Shown here piece after piece: positions 37,501 through 49,500 of a DNA stretch of 64,000 bases. Under the pieces are notes generated by a model that ran no database searches, was not told the DNA's origin, and worked only from the letters and a program-made list of their open reading frames with translations. The DNA is taken from the NCBI RefSeq assembly GCF_023055435.1, contig NW_025963846.1:2976001-3040000 (forward strand). The letters are read 5' to 3'. The position numbers and the translations under genes were made by a program. Position 1 is the stretch's first letter. Every line of letters begins with the position of its first letter. Origin of the DNA: Haliotis rufescens (Eukaryota).

Positions 37501-40500
37501 TATATCATGGTTCGTCATTTTTTAAGTGGAGAGTGAGTGAGTGAGTGGCTTTACGCCGATTTTAGCAATATTCCAGCAATATCACGGCGGGGGACACCAG
37601 AAATTGGCTTCACACATTGTACCCATGTCGGGAATCGAACCCGGGTTTTCGGCGTGGTGAGCGAACGCTTTAACCACAAGGCTACCCGATCGCCCCTTTA
37701 AGGCAGAGGAAAGCCCAACGTGATGCAGATCGTAGAATTGTACCACTTTACACGAGTACACCTATAGAGCTGAGAAACCTAGAAACATTTGGGATTCGAA
37801 CTGATATCGTCGACATCACTGCATAGGGAACCGAGGTGCCCTATGACGATATCCATAGTCACTTGAAGGGTAATGAGCGAATCTTTGATTACATCTTGCG
37901 TGTCTTTATTTACTATTGCCTAATACAATCGAACTTCTTTGTGTCGAACTCGTGGGGACCTGGAAACAAAATTGAGTTATCCGCGGTTCGAGACATCAGA
38001 GACATTTTATGCTTTATTAGATACTTTTGTCTCCCAAATGAGTTCGAGACAACGGGGAATTCGACATATCCAAGGTCGACACAACGAGGTTCGACTAACA
38101 TGCAAATGAAACATCCCACAATGGATTCTATTTCATACCCGATGGATCAATACCAATAAATCTGTTCTATCTGTTGTAGACAACCCTCCAGTGTTTGTTG
38201 TTCCATTGCCATCAGGGTCAACGACGATCAGCGTTCCCGAGAACAGCCCAGTCAATAAGGCAAGTAATGTATTAGTCCTTGTTTATAAAATATTTGTTGT
38301 TCACAAAAAAACACCTAACAACAAACAAATAAAAAAACAACAATGTGCAAATAAAGGGATAGGAATTAAAAATGTTTTTCAAGTCCATCACCTAAAACAT
38401 TTATTCACGAGGGAAGTATACGACTTAATAATGATTAATTAACACGTCGCTTTGTAAATTATTTAAATTATATCTCGGCGTGTCAGTTTGATGTGGGAGT
38501 AAACCCAAAGTTATGCAGGTTTACAAACATTTAACACCCACGCTCTTGGTTACGGGATCTGAACCAACAACTGTAACAACCTTGAAACCCAGAAACAAGG
38601 TTAATTTGGGATTCGAACCCACGTCGTAGGTTTCTGGTGCGCCTAAGGGCGACTTAGTTTGAGGCATTGACAGGTGAAATCAAATCTATTGAACTGAATT
38701 AGTGTCCTAAACATACAAGTATTATTTCCATGATGGAACTTAGTTTGAGCCATTGACAGGTGAAATCAAATCTATTGAACTGCATTAGTGTCCTAAACAT
38801 ACAAGTATTATTTCCATGATGGAACTTAGTTTGAGCCATTGACAGGTGAAATCAAATCTATTGAACTGCATTAGTGTCCTAAACATACAAGTATTATTTT
38901 CATGATGGAACTTAGTTTGAGCCATTGACAGGTGAAATCAAATCTATTGAACTGCATTAGTGTCCTAAACATACAAGTATTATTTCCATGATGAAACCTA
39001 GTTTGAGCCATTGACAGGTGAAATCAAATCTATTGAACTGCATTAGTGTCCTAAACATACAAGTATTATTTCCATGATGAAACCTAGTTTGAGCCATTGA
39101 CAGGTGAAATTAAATGTATTGAAATACATTAGCGTCCTGAAAATGTAGGTCTAATTATCCAAGATGAAACTTGACTCGTTTGTAAATGAATCTCGACTTC
39201 AAACAGGGAATATATTTTCGGCACACTTTGATTTCAATGCTGGACCAGACAATACTTACTAACTTTACTGTAAAACAAATGTGTGTTGCAATCACCCTTT
39301 TCAATGTGTATGAACATTTTTCTTGATGCGCGATCTTTTTTCAAATTTTAAACATTCCACTGACGACATTGGTTCCCAATGATGTTTCCGTCCTTGATAT
39401 TAATCTTTCACAACCATAATTTCGAAAACACCAGCATGTATTATGTATCCCTCAAATGTAATTTTAAAAGTCAGGGATCAGTATGATGCAAAATATGTTC
39501 AAACGACTTTAGGCTTTTCGAACCATAAGGCGTAATTTCTGAAAGAGCCAATCAAATTAATTACACTGACTATCACAGTATTTATAACCCTGACTATTAC
39601 AGTTTTTATTACACTGACTATCACCGTATTTATAACCCTGACTATCACAGTATTTATTACTCTGACTATCACAGTATTTATAACCCTGACTATCGCAGTA
39701 TTTATTACTCTGACTATCACCGTATTTATAACCCTGACTATCACAAGTTTTATTACACTGACTATCATATGTTTTTATTACACTGACTATCACAGTATTT
39801 ATTACACTGACTATCACAAGTTTTATTACACTGACTATCATATGTTTTTATTACACTGACTATCACAGTATTTATTACACTGACTATCACAAGTTTTATT
39901 ACACTGACTATCATATGTTTTTATTACACTGACTATCACAGTATTTATTACACTGACTATCACCGTATTTATAACCCTGACTATCATAATATTTTTTACA
40001 CTGACTATCACAGTATTTATTACACTGACTATCACAGTATTTATTACACTGACTATCACAATATTTATTACATTGACTATCACGTGTTTTATTACACTGA
40101 CAAACTGTTACTGACTATCACAGTATTTATTACACTGACTATCACACGTTTTATTACACTGACTATCACAGTATTTATTACACTGACTATCACATGTTTT
40201 ATTACACTGACTATCACTGTATTTATTACTCTGACTATCACATATTTTTATTACACCGACTATCATATGTTTCATTACACTGACTATCACATGTTTTATT
40301 ACACTGACTATCACATTATTTATTACACTGACTATCACAGGTTTTTATTACACTGACTATCACAGTATTTATTACACTGACTATCACATGTTTTATTACA
40401 CTGACTATGACAGTATTTATTACTCTGACAATGACAGTATTTATTACACTGACTATCACAGTATTTATTACACTGACTATAGCTGTATTTATAACCCTGA

Positions 40501-43500
40501 CTATCACAGTATTTATTACTCTGACTATCACATGTTTTTATTACACTGACTATCACATGTTTTATTACACTGACTAGCACAGTATTTATTACACTGACTA
40601 TCACATGTTTTTATTACACTGACTATCACAGTATTTATTACTCTGACTATCACATGTTTTTATTACACTGACTATCACAGTATTTATTACACTGACTATC
40701 ACATGTTTTATTACACTGACAAACTGTTACTGACTATCACAGTATTTATTACACTGACTATCACAGTATTTATTACACTTAATATTTATTACCCCGATTA
40801 TCACACTATGTAGTAACGTCAGCCGTGCATGCTAAAACAGTATGATGGAGTGGGCTTTCCCATGAGTTTGATAAAGAGTGTGTCATAAGAATATCGGTTT
40901 TTCAATTCACCAGGCTTTATTCAACATCATGTGCGAGGACCCAGAAAACGACACCATTACGTTGACACAGAAGAATCACGTGGACCTCTTCCATATTGTC
41001 AATTCTACTGTAATCCTGAAGCATATACTTGACTTTGAAAAGGACCGGCAATATTCCCTCAAGATAGAGTAAGTACTCCTTGTTTGAATACAATAAACTA
41101 GGTAAAACCATAATATAATGTGCCCCGGGTATACTCGACTATTTGTAACCGATGGGGGGCGGTCGGGTAGCCTGGTGGTTAAAGCGTTCGCTCGTCACGC
41201 CGAAGACCCGGGTTCGAATCCCAACATGGGAACAAGGTGTGAAGCCCATTTCTGGTGTCCCCCGCCGTGATATTGCTGGAATATTGCTAAAAGCGGCGTA
41301 AAACCAAACTCACTCACTCACTGTAACCGATGGCGATAGTTTAGTTTTGTTTCATGAGTGACATCTGAGAAGCACTTCAGAAGGGAACTGAGAAAGATAA
41401 TTGTGCACTCATTACAATTACCTTCATGGCTTTAGCATAACATTAACAGTGAGTGAGTTGTGTTTTACGCCACTTTGAACAGTATTTCAGCTCTATCAGG
41501 CTGTGTCATCTTGATGTTGGAGCAGAACTCGCAGTGATGCGGGTCCGAAGCGTTCACAACGTTGGTGAAACTAACGTGCTCATCATGGTGTTGACAAACC
41601 TAGAAATCTCCTCATGGGGAATCTTGGAATTTAACCTACGCGCACAGCCCTACAACAGTTACCTTATTTTTTTGTCGTTTCGTGTCGTCATAGTCAAGGT
41701 AAGCCATGACTTAGCTAATCTCGTGGTCAGAATCGGGTCATCTTAGTCAAGGAGTGATTGGTCAATCGACTCCTACTCCGAACTGTCTCTATCAACATTC
41801 ATGTACCGGCCCTTGCATACATCAGGAGTAAACACAACACACAGGTTATACTCCCATACTTTTCATAACGCTCCAGTCCATCTACAAATACAACTGCTAA
41901 ATAAAACAGGCAAGACTCGTCATAGACTGGACACAAACTTTATATATATATATATATTGCAATATATTACAATATTGCAACCACGTCATTGCAGTTTCTA
42001 TTTTCTAACGTTTTTTAAGACTCATTGTATCCTTATAACAATACCTAGTCATTTTGATGCCTTCAGAAATATGCTGCTTGTTTGTGTGTATGTATGGTTC
42101 CTATTAAGCCTGTAAGCATGGACAGTATTGTACTTAATACGATGCAAGCTGTAAGAGTTGTACAATGCATCCTTTGTATTTAGACTCAGAACGTTTCCGT
42201 CAAGCCTCGTTGTTTGTGTTTCAGTGCTCATTATGAATCAAGTTGAAAGCAGCTTTTTGAATACATATATTATCATAATCACGTAAACGGTTTATTATAT
42301 ATATATTTTTTTTCTAATTTGTTTATTTGTAAAGTTAGTGTTACATACGTATACATGTATTTTATTTATTCGTATTAGATGTGTTCTCTGTTTTGTGCTT
42401 CTATGTTCGTCCTAATTATCTTAACGGCATTTGTATGATCTTAATCTGATCTTAGCTAATCTCAATGAAGTGCTTATTTACTTACAATTTGCTATTTCAG
42501 AGCGTTTGATGGTCTATCTCAGAGCGTCTGATGGTCTATTTCAGAGCAATTGATGGGCTTTTTCAGAGCGTTTGATGGTCTATTTCAGAGCGTTTGATGG
42601 GCTCTTTCAGATCGTTTGATGGATTATTTCAGAGCGTCTGATGATCTATTTCAGAGCGTTTGATGGTCTACATACTGTCCTTGTGGCTATGAGTGTCAAA
42701 GTTGTGGATGTAAATGACGAAATTCCTGTTTTGAAAATCAGCGATGACCTCTCGATTCCCGAAGAGTTGAGGGTTGGAACTGTACTCAGCGGCTTGTTTG
42801 ACGCAACTGATGCAGATCGCAACGACGATCTTAAATATAACTTACAAGGTTAGCATGGATGATCATCTGTGACCTATAGAACAACACAAATTCTAACAAC
42901 AATAACCGAGACTGGTTAATTATTTGTGAAAACGAGTTTTCATTAATTCTATCAATATAATAGTTTTTGTCTTTGAATGGCATTTAGAAGTGATACACAT
43001 AAGGAAGAGAATTTATGGATGTCAATTTCTTTCGTATGACCAAACACAACGTTTCAGAGTATATGCATACTCCTTCATCAGGTGAATGAATGCTATGAGG
43101 CAGAGAGCATGTATATGTACATGTAATGTACTTTTGCTTTCCTTGCATGTGCATATATATACATGTAGTTGCATGAAAATATTTCATGATCACTTTTGAC
43201 TGAGCCCTGAATAATGGCTCAGTATACGATCGGAGAACCCGTGGGGTATGACAGCAAAGCTCAAAGATGTCACTTTTCAACTCAAACTTAACTATCATAT
43301 CATTTCTTTAGTAACATAATTGTAAGAGAGTATGGGTATTGAACATGTCGAATGTGACTTTGTTATTTTGAAGGGGGACACAATTATTTCGCCATCAATG
43401 AGGCCAATGGAAAACTGACACTGAAACGAAGAATCGACTTCGATGGTGTTCGTGGTGTAAAGAAGATTGACAAGATGACCTTGACCGTCACCGATAAGGG

Positions 43501-46500
43501 GAGTAACCGGGTTGACGCGTCGCTTACGATTCCAGTAATTGACATCAACGACAACACCCCATCTTTTGGAGATATTTACTTCCACTTCAACGTCACAGAA
43601 CACGGAGGTCAGGGTAAGTGCTTAATACCAAATGGAGACATTTTCTAAAGTGGCATCTTTAGTCTCGATACATTATATTAAGTAGGGGATATCAAAGAGC
43701 TTACACATCAAATATATGCAGTGTTATTAATGAGTGTTTCATGTCAATGAAGGATTTGATTGTCTTTAACTAGAGGGAAAATGTTGGAACCTGATAGGAA
43801 ACAGTTCATTAAAGTTTCAAAGTGTCCACCAGTGACAGGTTAAGCCTCCAATTTCAACCAGCATTCGTTGATTAATCGTGGCACGCTCATAGTCACCCAT
43901 CCAATGATAAATTTGTACCCTATCCATTAAACACCCATTGAAGCACAAGTGGCAGGTAATCTAAAGTGGGTGTGGGATGTTGACGTCTTCTGGTCATGCT
44001 GCTGTAACTGCCTAGATATAATGTCACTGAGGTGGGCACCTACATTGCCATCTTGGAATACAAAACGTCGACCAAACTTGCGTGCAAATGGTAGCACGAT
44101 ATGCGTCTGTAAGTTGTCACCGTAGTATAACACTGACGGGACCACTGAGAATTCCCTAGCATGAATACATACAGAAGCATTCTTTCTGATCATTTAGACC
44201 TTTAATCTTGAACTCAGCGTTTTAGTAAGCATTGAGAAACTGGCAAGCTTGGAGGTTCACACAGTTTAACCAGCGCTTTTAAATCGTCCACACTCCAATG
44301 GACCCATCCGTTCAATTCTTAAGTATATTTTGGTTTTGTGGCGTAACTTGTTTCATCGCACCAAAGACAGCTAGAATGGTGGAAGTGATTGCAGAGTATA
44401 TATTAACCTAATCCTACCAGTAATTCAATGGAATGGTAGGCGATGTGCCTCAGTAATGCCATCATCCACTGGTCGTTAGTTAAATCCCCGATTTTCTTTG
44501 ATTATGGGTATTGGGCTATCAGCACGATCTAGGGTTCCAACCTCAAGGGTTCCAAATCCAAAGTTGGAAACGTCCTCACCCTGTCACGTTGTTTTCCTCC
44601 AACGTTACGTTGACACGCCTGAATCTGAAATACTGTTCAACGCGGCCTTAAACGCATCTCACCCCACCTAACTGGAAGGATTATATTTTCAGCAATACAA
44701 CTGGCCAACTTCGCTATCACCGACGCAGACAGTGGTGGGAACGGAAAAGTGCGCTTTCGCCTACCCAACACAGTCGATAAGAATATATTTACCGTGCAAG
44801 GAACGTCCCTGATGGTGGATGCATCCAAGATCGACTACGAAGAGTTAGAGAAACAGGACTTTTCTTACACCCTGACTGTGGGGGCAATTGACATGCCGGA
44901 TACAGGGAGGGTAAACGTAGGCAAAGCAACTGTTGTGGTCGAGGTATGTGTAATTAAAATTGGTTGTCACCTGCACCCCCCCTCTCCCCCCCCCCCCCAC
45001 ACACACACACATACACACACACACACACACACCCTTTTCGAATACATAACCTTGTAGGTAGTCTGAAGCCAGGGATTGGAACTTTCTTAAAAACTGTAAA
45101 TTTGCACTCATTAAAACGTGTGACATGTGAATACTTTCTCATGTATGAATGTTTTATATTGAGTCTGTGATCACGATTTGATTATCTGATGTAATCGGCC
45201 TGTCACTAATCACTTGACTCCGTAGTGATTCCAGTTGGAATTAGTCCCCAGCAAGCTATGTTTGTTGCACAAGGCGACCTGAGGGAGTCAGGCTCGGTAC
45301 CAAAGGGAAATGTTTTCGTTGAGAAACTAGCCGAACAATTTGTTTCACAGAATATGTTTTTCATGACACCCCGCAGTATTTTGTTGCTTTTCTTCTAGCA
45401 TTTTCTGAAACAAATCATTTAAAACAAGTAATCCCAGCATCAAATGGGAATCAAGGATGATCTGAACCAACTTCTGTCCCTGAGCTTTGTGACTCGTGAA
45501 GATTCGGGTTAGAATAGGTCTTCAGCAACCAATGCTTGCCGGAAAAGGCGACTATGCTTGTCGTAAGAGGCGACTAACAGGATCGGGTGGTCAGGCTCGC
45601 TGACTTGGTTGATGCATGTAATCGATCCCAATTGCGTGGATCGATGCTCATAGTATCAATAACTGGATTGTCTGGTCCAGACTCAATTATTTACAGACCG
45701 CCGTCATGTAGCTTGAATATTGCTGAGTGCAGCGTAAAACAACCAACCAACCAACCCTGAGCCTTCTTTCTGACCTCTGGCAAAATGTACATAGTATGTA
45801 ATCCATGAATCCGGCATTGTCGACATATTGCCACTTCCATGCTATGGTCGCCTGCGTGGAGCAAGCACAGCAATGTCATAAAGTTTACACCCGCTATACG
45901 CTAGTCAAATAATATGTGCATCAGTTGTATTTGCTCACTTCGTATTTAAGGTCCTACCGGTCAATGAATTCTATCCAAAGTGGACGTCTCCAAAGCTTCA
46001 AGCCAACTCTTTCAGTTTTGAAGACAAAGCTATTCTTATGCACGACCCAGTTGGAACCATAGTGGAAACGTTCAGAGCGAAAGATGATGACAAGGGTAAA
46101 GACGGAACTGTAACATACAGAATTATATCAGTCAAATCAGGTGGGTTTTCACTGAGATGTCAAACAGCCTATATTAATGCCTTTATGATATTAGAATCTG
46201 TCACGTGTCGGAGTTGTACAATAGACCCTGCGTTTGTCATAGATTTCTTATGAATATGGAAAGGGGTGTGTCGCATTTGATTAAATATATCCACAGTTGG
46301 GCCTTTCGTGGCTAAGGGGGGACCGTTGTTCTAGTTTTAACCCAGTTTGGTAAGTTAAACATAGTGTACACAATTTAATGATAATCATTTCACCATGTTG
46401 ACGTAAGACAGACGCCGTAGATGACTTCATACGTACACAGACGTCATTGTGGACCTAACGTATAATGATGTGACAATTGATGACTTTTGACTACAGTGAG

Positions 46501-49500
46501 TAAGTGAGTATGGTTTTACGCCGCTTTTAGCAATATTCTAGCAATATCACGGCGGGGGACACCAGAAATGGGCTTCACACATTGTACCCATGTCAGGAAT
46601 CGAACCCGGGTCTTCGGTGTGACGAGCGAACGCTTTAATCACTAGGCTGCCGGCCGCTCCTTTGACTACAGATTATAATTTTTTATATAATTTCTTGACA
46701 GCTAATCAATGACCATAATTATAGTACTTTGTTTCATCGCAGATAAGGGTGAAGACGTGGGTAATCACTTCTTCATGGACATGTATTCTGGACAGCTGAA
46801 GAAGGCATCTCACTTTGATATAAAAGCCGTGTCGTCTTCTTTTGACATTACAGTACAGGCAATTGATGGTGGAAGTAGTCCAAAAAGTGTGAATGGAAAA
46901 TTAAAAGTATCTCTAGGATTCGATAGTGCTGTTGGAGCTGGTGCAGGCAGGGTAGTAGGAATGGGGGGTGCAGGAATGGGAGGTGCAAGGATGGGAGGTG
47001 CAGTAATGGGAGGTGCAGTAATAAGAGGTACTGGTGCAGGTGAGGCAGCAGGAATGGGAGGTGCTGGCAGAGCTGGTGCAGGTGAGGCAGCAGGAATGGG
47101 AGGTGCTGGCAGAGCTGGTGCAGGTGAGGCAGTAGGAATGGGAGGTGCTGGCAGAGCTGGTGCAGGTGGGGCAGTAGGAATGGGAGGTGCTGGCAGAGCT
47201 GGTGCAGGTGAGGCAGTAGGAATGGGAGTTGGTGGTGGATCTGGTGCAGGTGGGGTAGTAGGAATGGGAGGTGCTGGCGGATCTGGTGCAGGTGGGGTAG
47301 TAGGAATGGGAGGTGCAGGAATGGGAGATGCAGGAATGGGAGGTGCAGTAATGGGAGGTGCAGGAATGGGAGGTGCAGTAATGGGAGGTGCAGGAATGGG
47401 AGGTGCAGGAATGGGAGGTGCAGGAATGGGAGATGCAGGAATGGGAGGTGCTGGCGGATCTGGTGCAGGTGGGGCATTAGGAATAGGAGATGCAGGAAAG
47501 GGAGTTGGTGGTGGAGCTGGTGCTGGCGCGGGTGGAGAAGCAAGAATGAGAGGAGGGATGAGTGGTTCCTTGGGAGTTGGTTCGGGTAGAATAGGAGGTG
47601 CAGGAGTTGTAGATGGTGGCGGGGCTGGTGCAAGTGGAGCAGCAGAAATGGGAAAAGGAATGAGAGCTGGTTCAGGAATTGACAAAGGTAGATTCAATGA
47701 TATGGGTAGTGATAGTGTATCAGGTAAGGGTGGTGATGGTAGATTTGGTGGCCACAGGGGACCAGATGAAATAGTTGGCATTGAGAAAAAAACGGGAACA
47801 GGAACTGTACGGGGTGCTGGCGAAGCAGGTGGCAATTGTGACAACGGTGGGTCTGGTTGCTTCAGAGGAACTGATAAGCCCAGAGATGGATTGGGAAGGA
47901 GTGTCCACATTTGTTCTACAGTAGCATCTCATAGAAACAACGAGATATGGGCTTTAAGGGGTGGTTATGGCCTGCTGCTGTTTCTTGGAGCTTTAGGATC
48001 AATGGCGGTTATGTGGAAAATTAAGAAGAAAACGTAAGTACCCTGAACATGTACAAAACTGACTTCGAATGATTAAGAATGAAAGTGCAAATGACTAAAG
48101 GTGTAATTATTGATCCAAATATCGATATTGTGGCAAGTTTATATAGTTCATATTAACATTTCCCTATATAATTATAAGGAATAAAAGCGATAAAACAAAG
48201 CGATGTCCGTAATCATAAGAACATTTCCTAATTTGACGCATGTCCGTGTTGTATCAGGTGAACAGTTGCCTTGCCTTTGCTTGTGTTTGTGACGTGATCC
48301 ACCACTGAGGCGGGATACGCTCATATTTCAGCGTACACTTGGTATCATCATTGTTTGATAGTGATTCACAGACACGTGTTCATGATATAGTCGGAATCAT
48401 ACAATCGTCTCGAGATTTCTTATGTAAAGGGTTTTGTCTCTTTTATCACATGACACAACACAACCTGGCGGAAGTAGTGAACATACTATGGATATTTTAC
48501 AATGTTTCCGTTTGCTTTTGCCTTCAAATCAACGAGTACACCTTGATAATGTTAAGCAAAAATTAGTCATTAACATAGTCCTAAAAAAGCCGAGGTATTA
48601 TACGAACTATATAAAATGGGATCTGACGTCACACGGTTTACAGCAAATCCATGCAATATCACTACACCCACTGGATTGTCTGGTCCAGACTCGATTATAT
48701 ACAGACCGCCGTCATATAGCTGGAATTTTGCTGAGTGCGGCGTTAAACAACAAACAAACCAACCAACTCCGGTACCTGATGTATAATGTAGGCAGCGGAT
48801 TACACCGACCGAGGGAGAAAGGACCATGTGTCATTTAGCTTGTTTGCTGATATACCTGTTCTGATAGGTTGGAAATATATATAAAAGTATGTTAATGAGC
48901 ACAACAACAAAACATGCTTCATGTCAGACAGAGGATGGTGGATATACATGTACATGGTTTATAGAGTCGGGTATGGAATGCCTACACCGAAATGTTACAT
49001 ATATACACACACAACTTGTACATGTCTTGAACACAATTATAAAAATAAAACAACATGTTGACTGATTTTTGCACATGAAGGTGATTAAAATATCCAAATG
49101 ACGCATGTATTAATAAGAATCAGGTCAATCCACACGTTGAAAGGAGACGCAAGATGATAAGAAAAAAATATATACATGTTTTCGTGAAGTTGAGTCAATG
49201 TATAGCATGCTTGATTACCCTAACGAGTTGGAACTCGGTGGTTGGTTAAATATTTTGTTTTCTTGAAACAGCATTACTGTAACACCAGCGAGTACTGCCA
49301 ATGGACTTGGCCTTCACGACTGTCCGGGGTTAGGTAAGATCTTGAGTTAATCTATTTGGACAATTGCAACGTTCATACAGTTTCTAGAATGTGCCAACTC
49401 AACCATTGAAACATATAGACAAAAACATCATTCAGAATACTAGTATATCACTGATCTGCACTACTCCATTTAGTGGTCTAAGGGGGCACGGGTGGCCCAG

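Noticed and set aside
39499-40604. VIVSVINT and CDSQCNKY repeat ORFs
   Set aside because: Products of the 24-bp intronic minisatellite
41154-41230. tRNA genes at GGTTCGAATCC boxes
   Set aside because: They are SINE heads: continuous with a shared body and tail, flanked by TSDs, with no oligo-T terminator
46810-47910. 366-aa Pro-rich and 261-aa His/Leu-rich minus-strand ORFs
   Set aside because: Antisense shadows of the Gly-rich cadherin exon; only the + frame has cadherin motifs, splice sites and a TM
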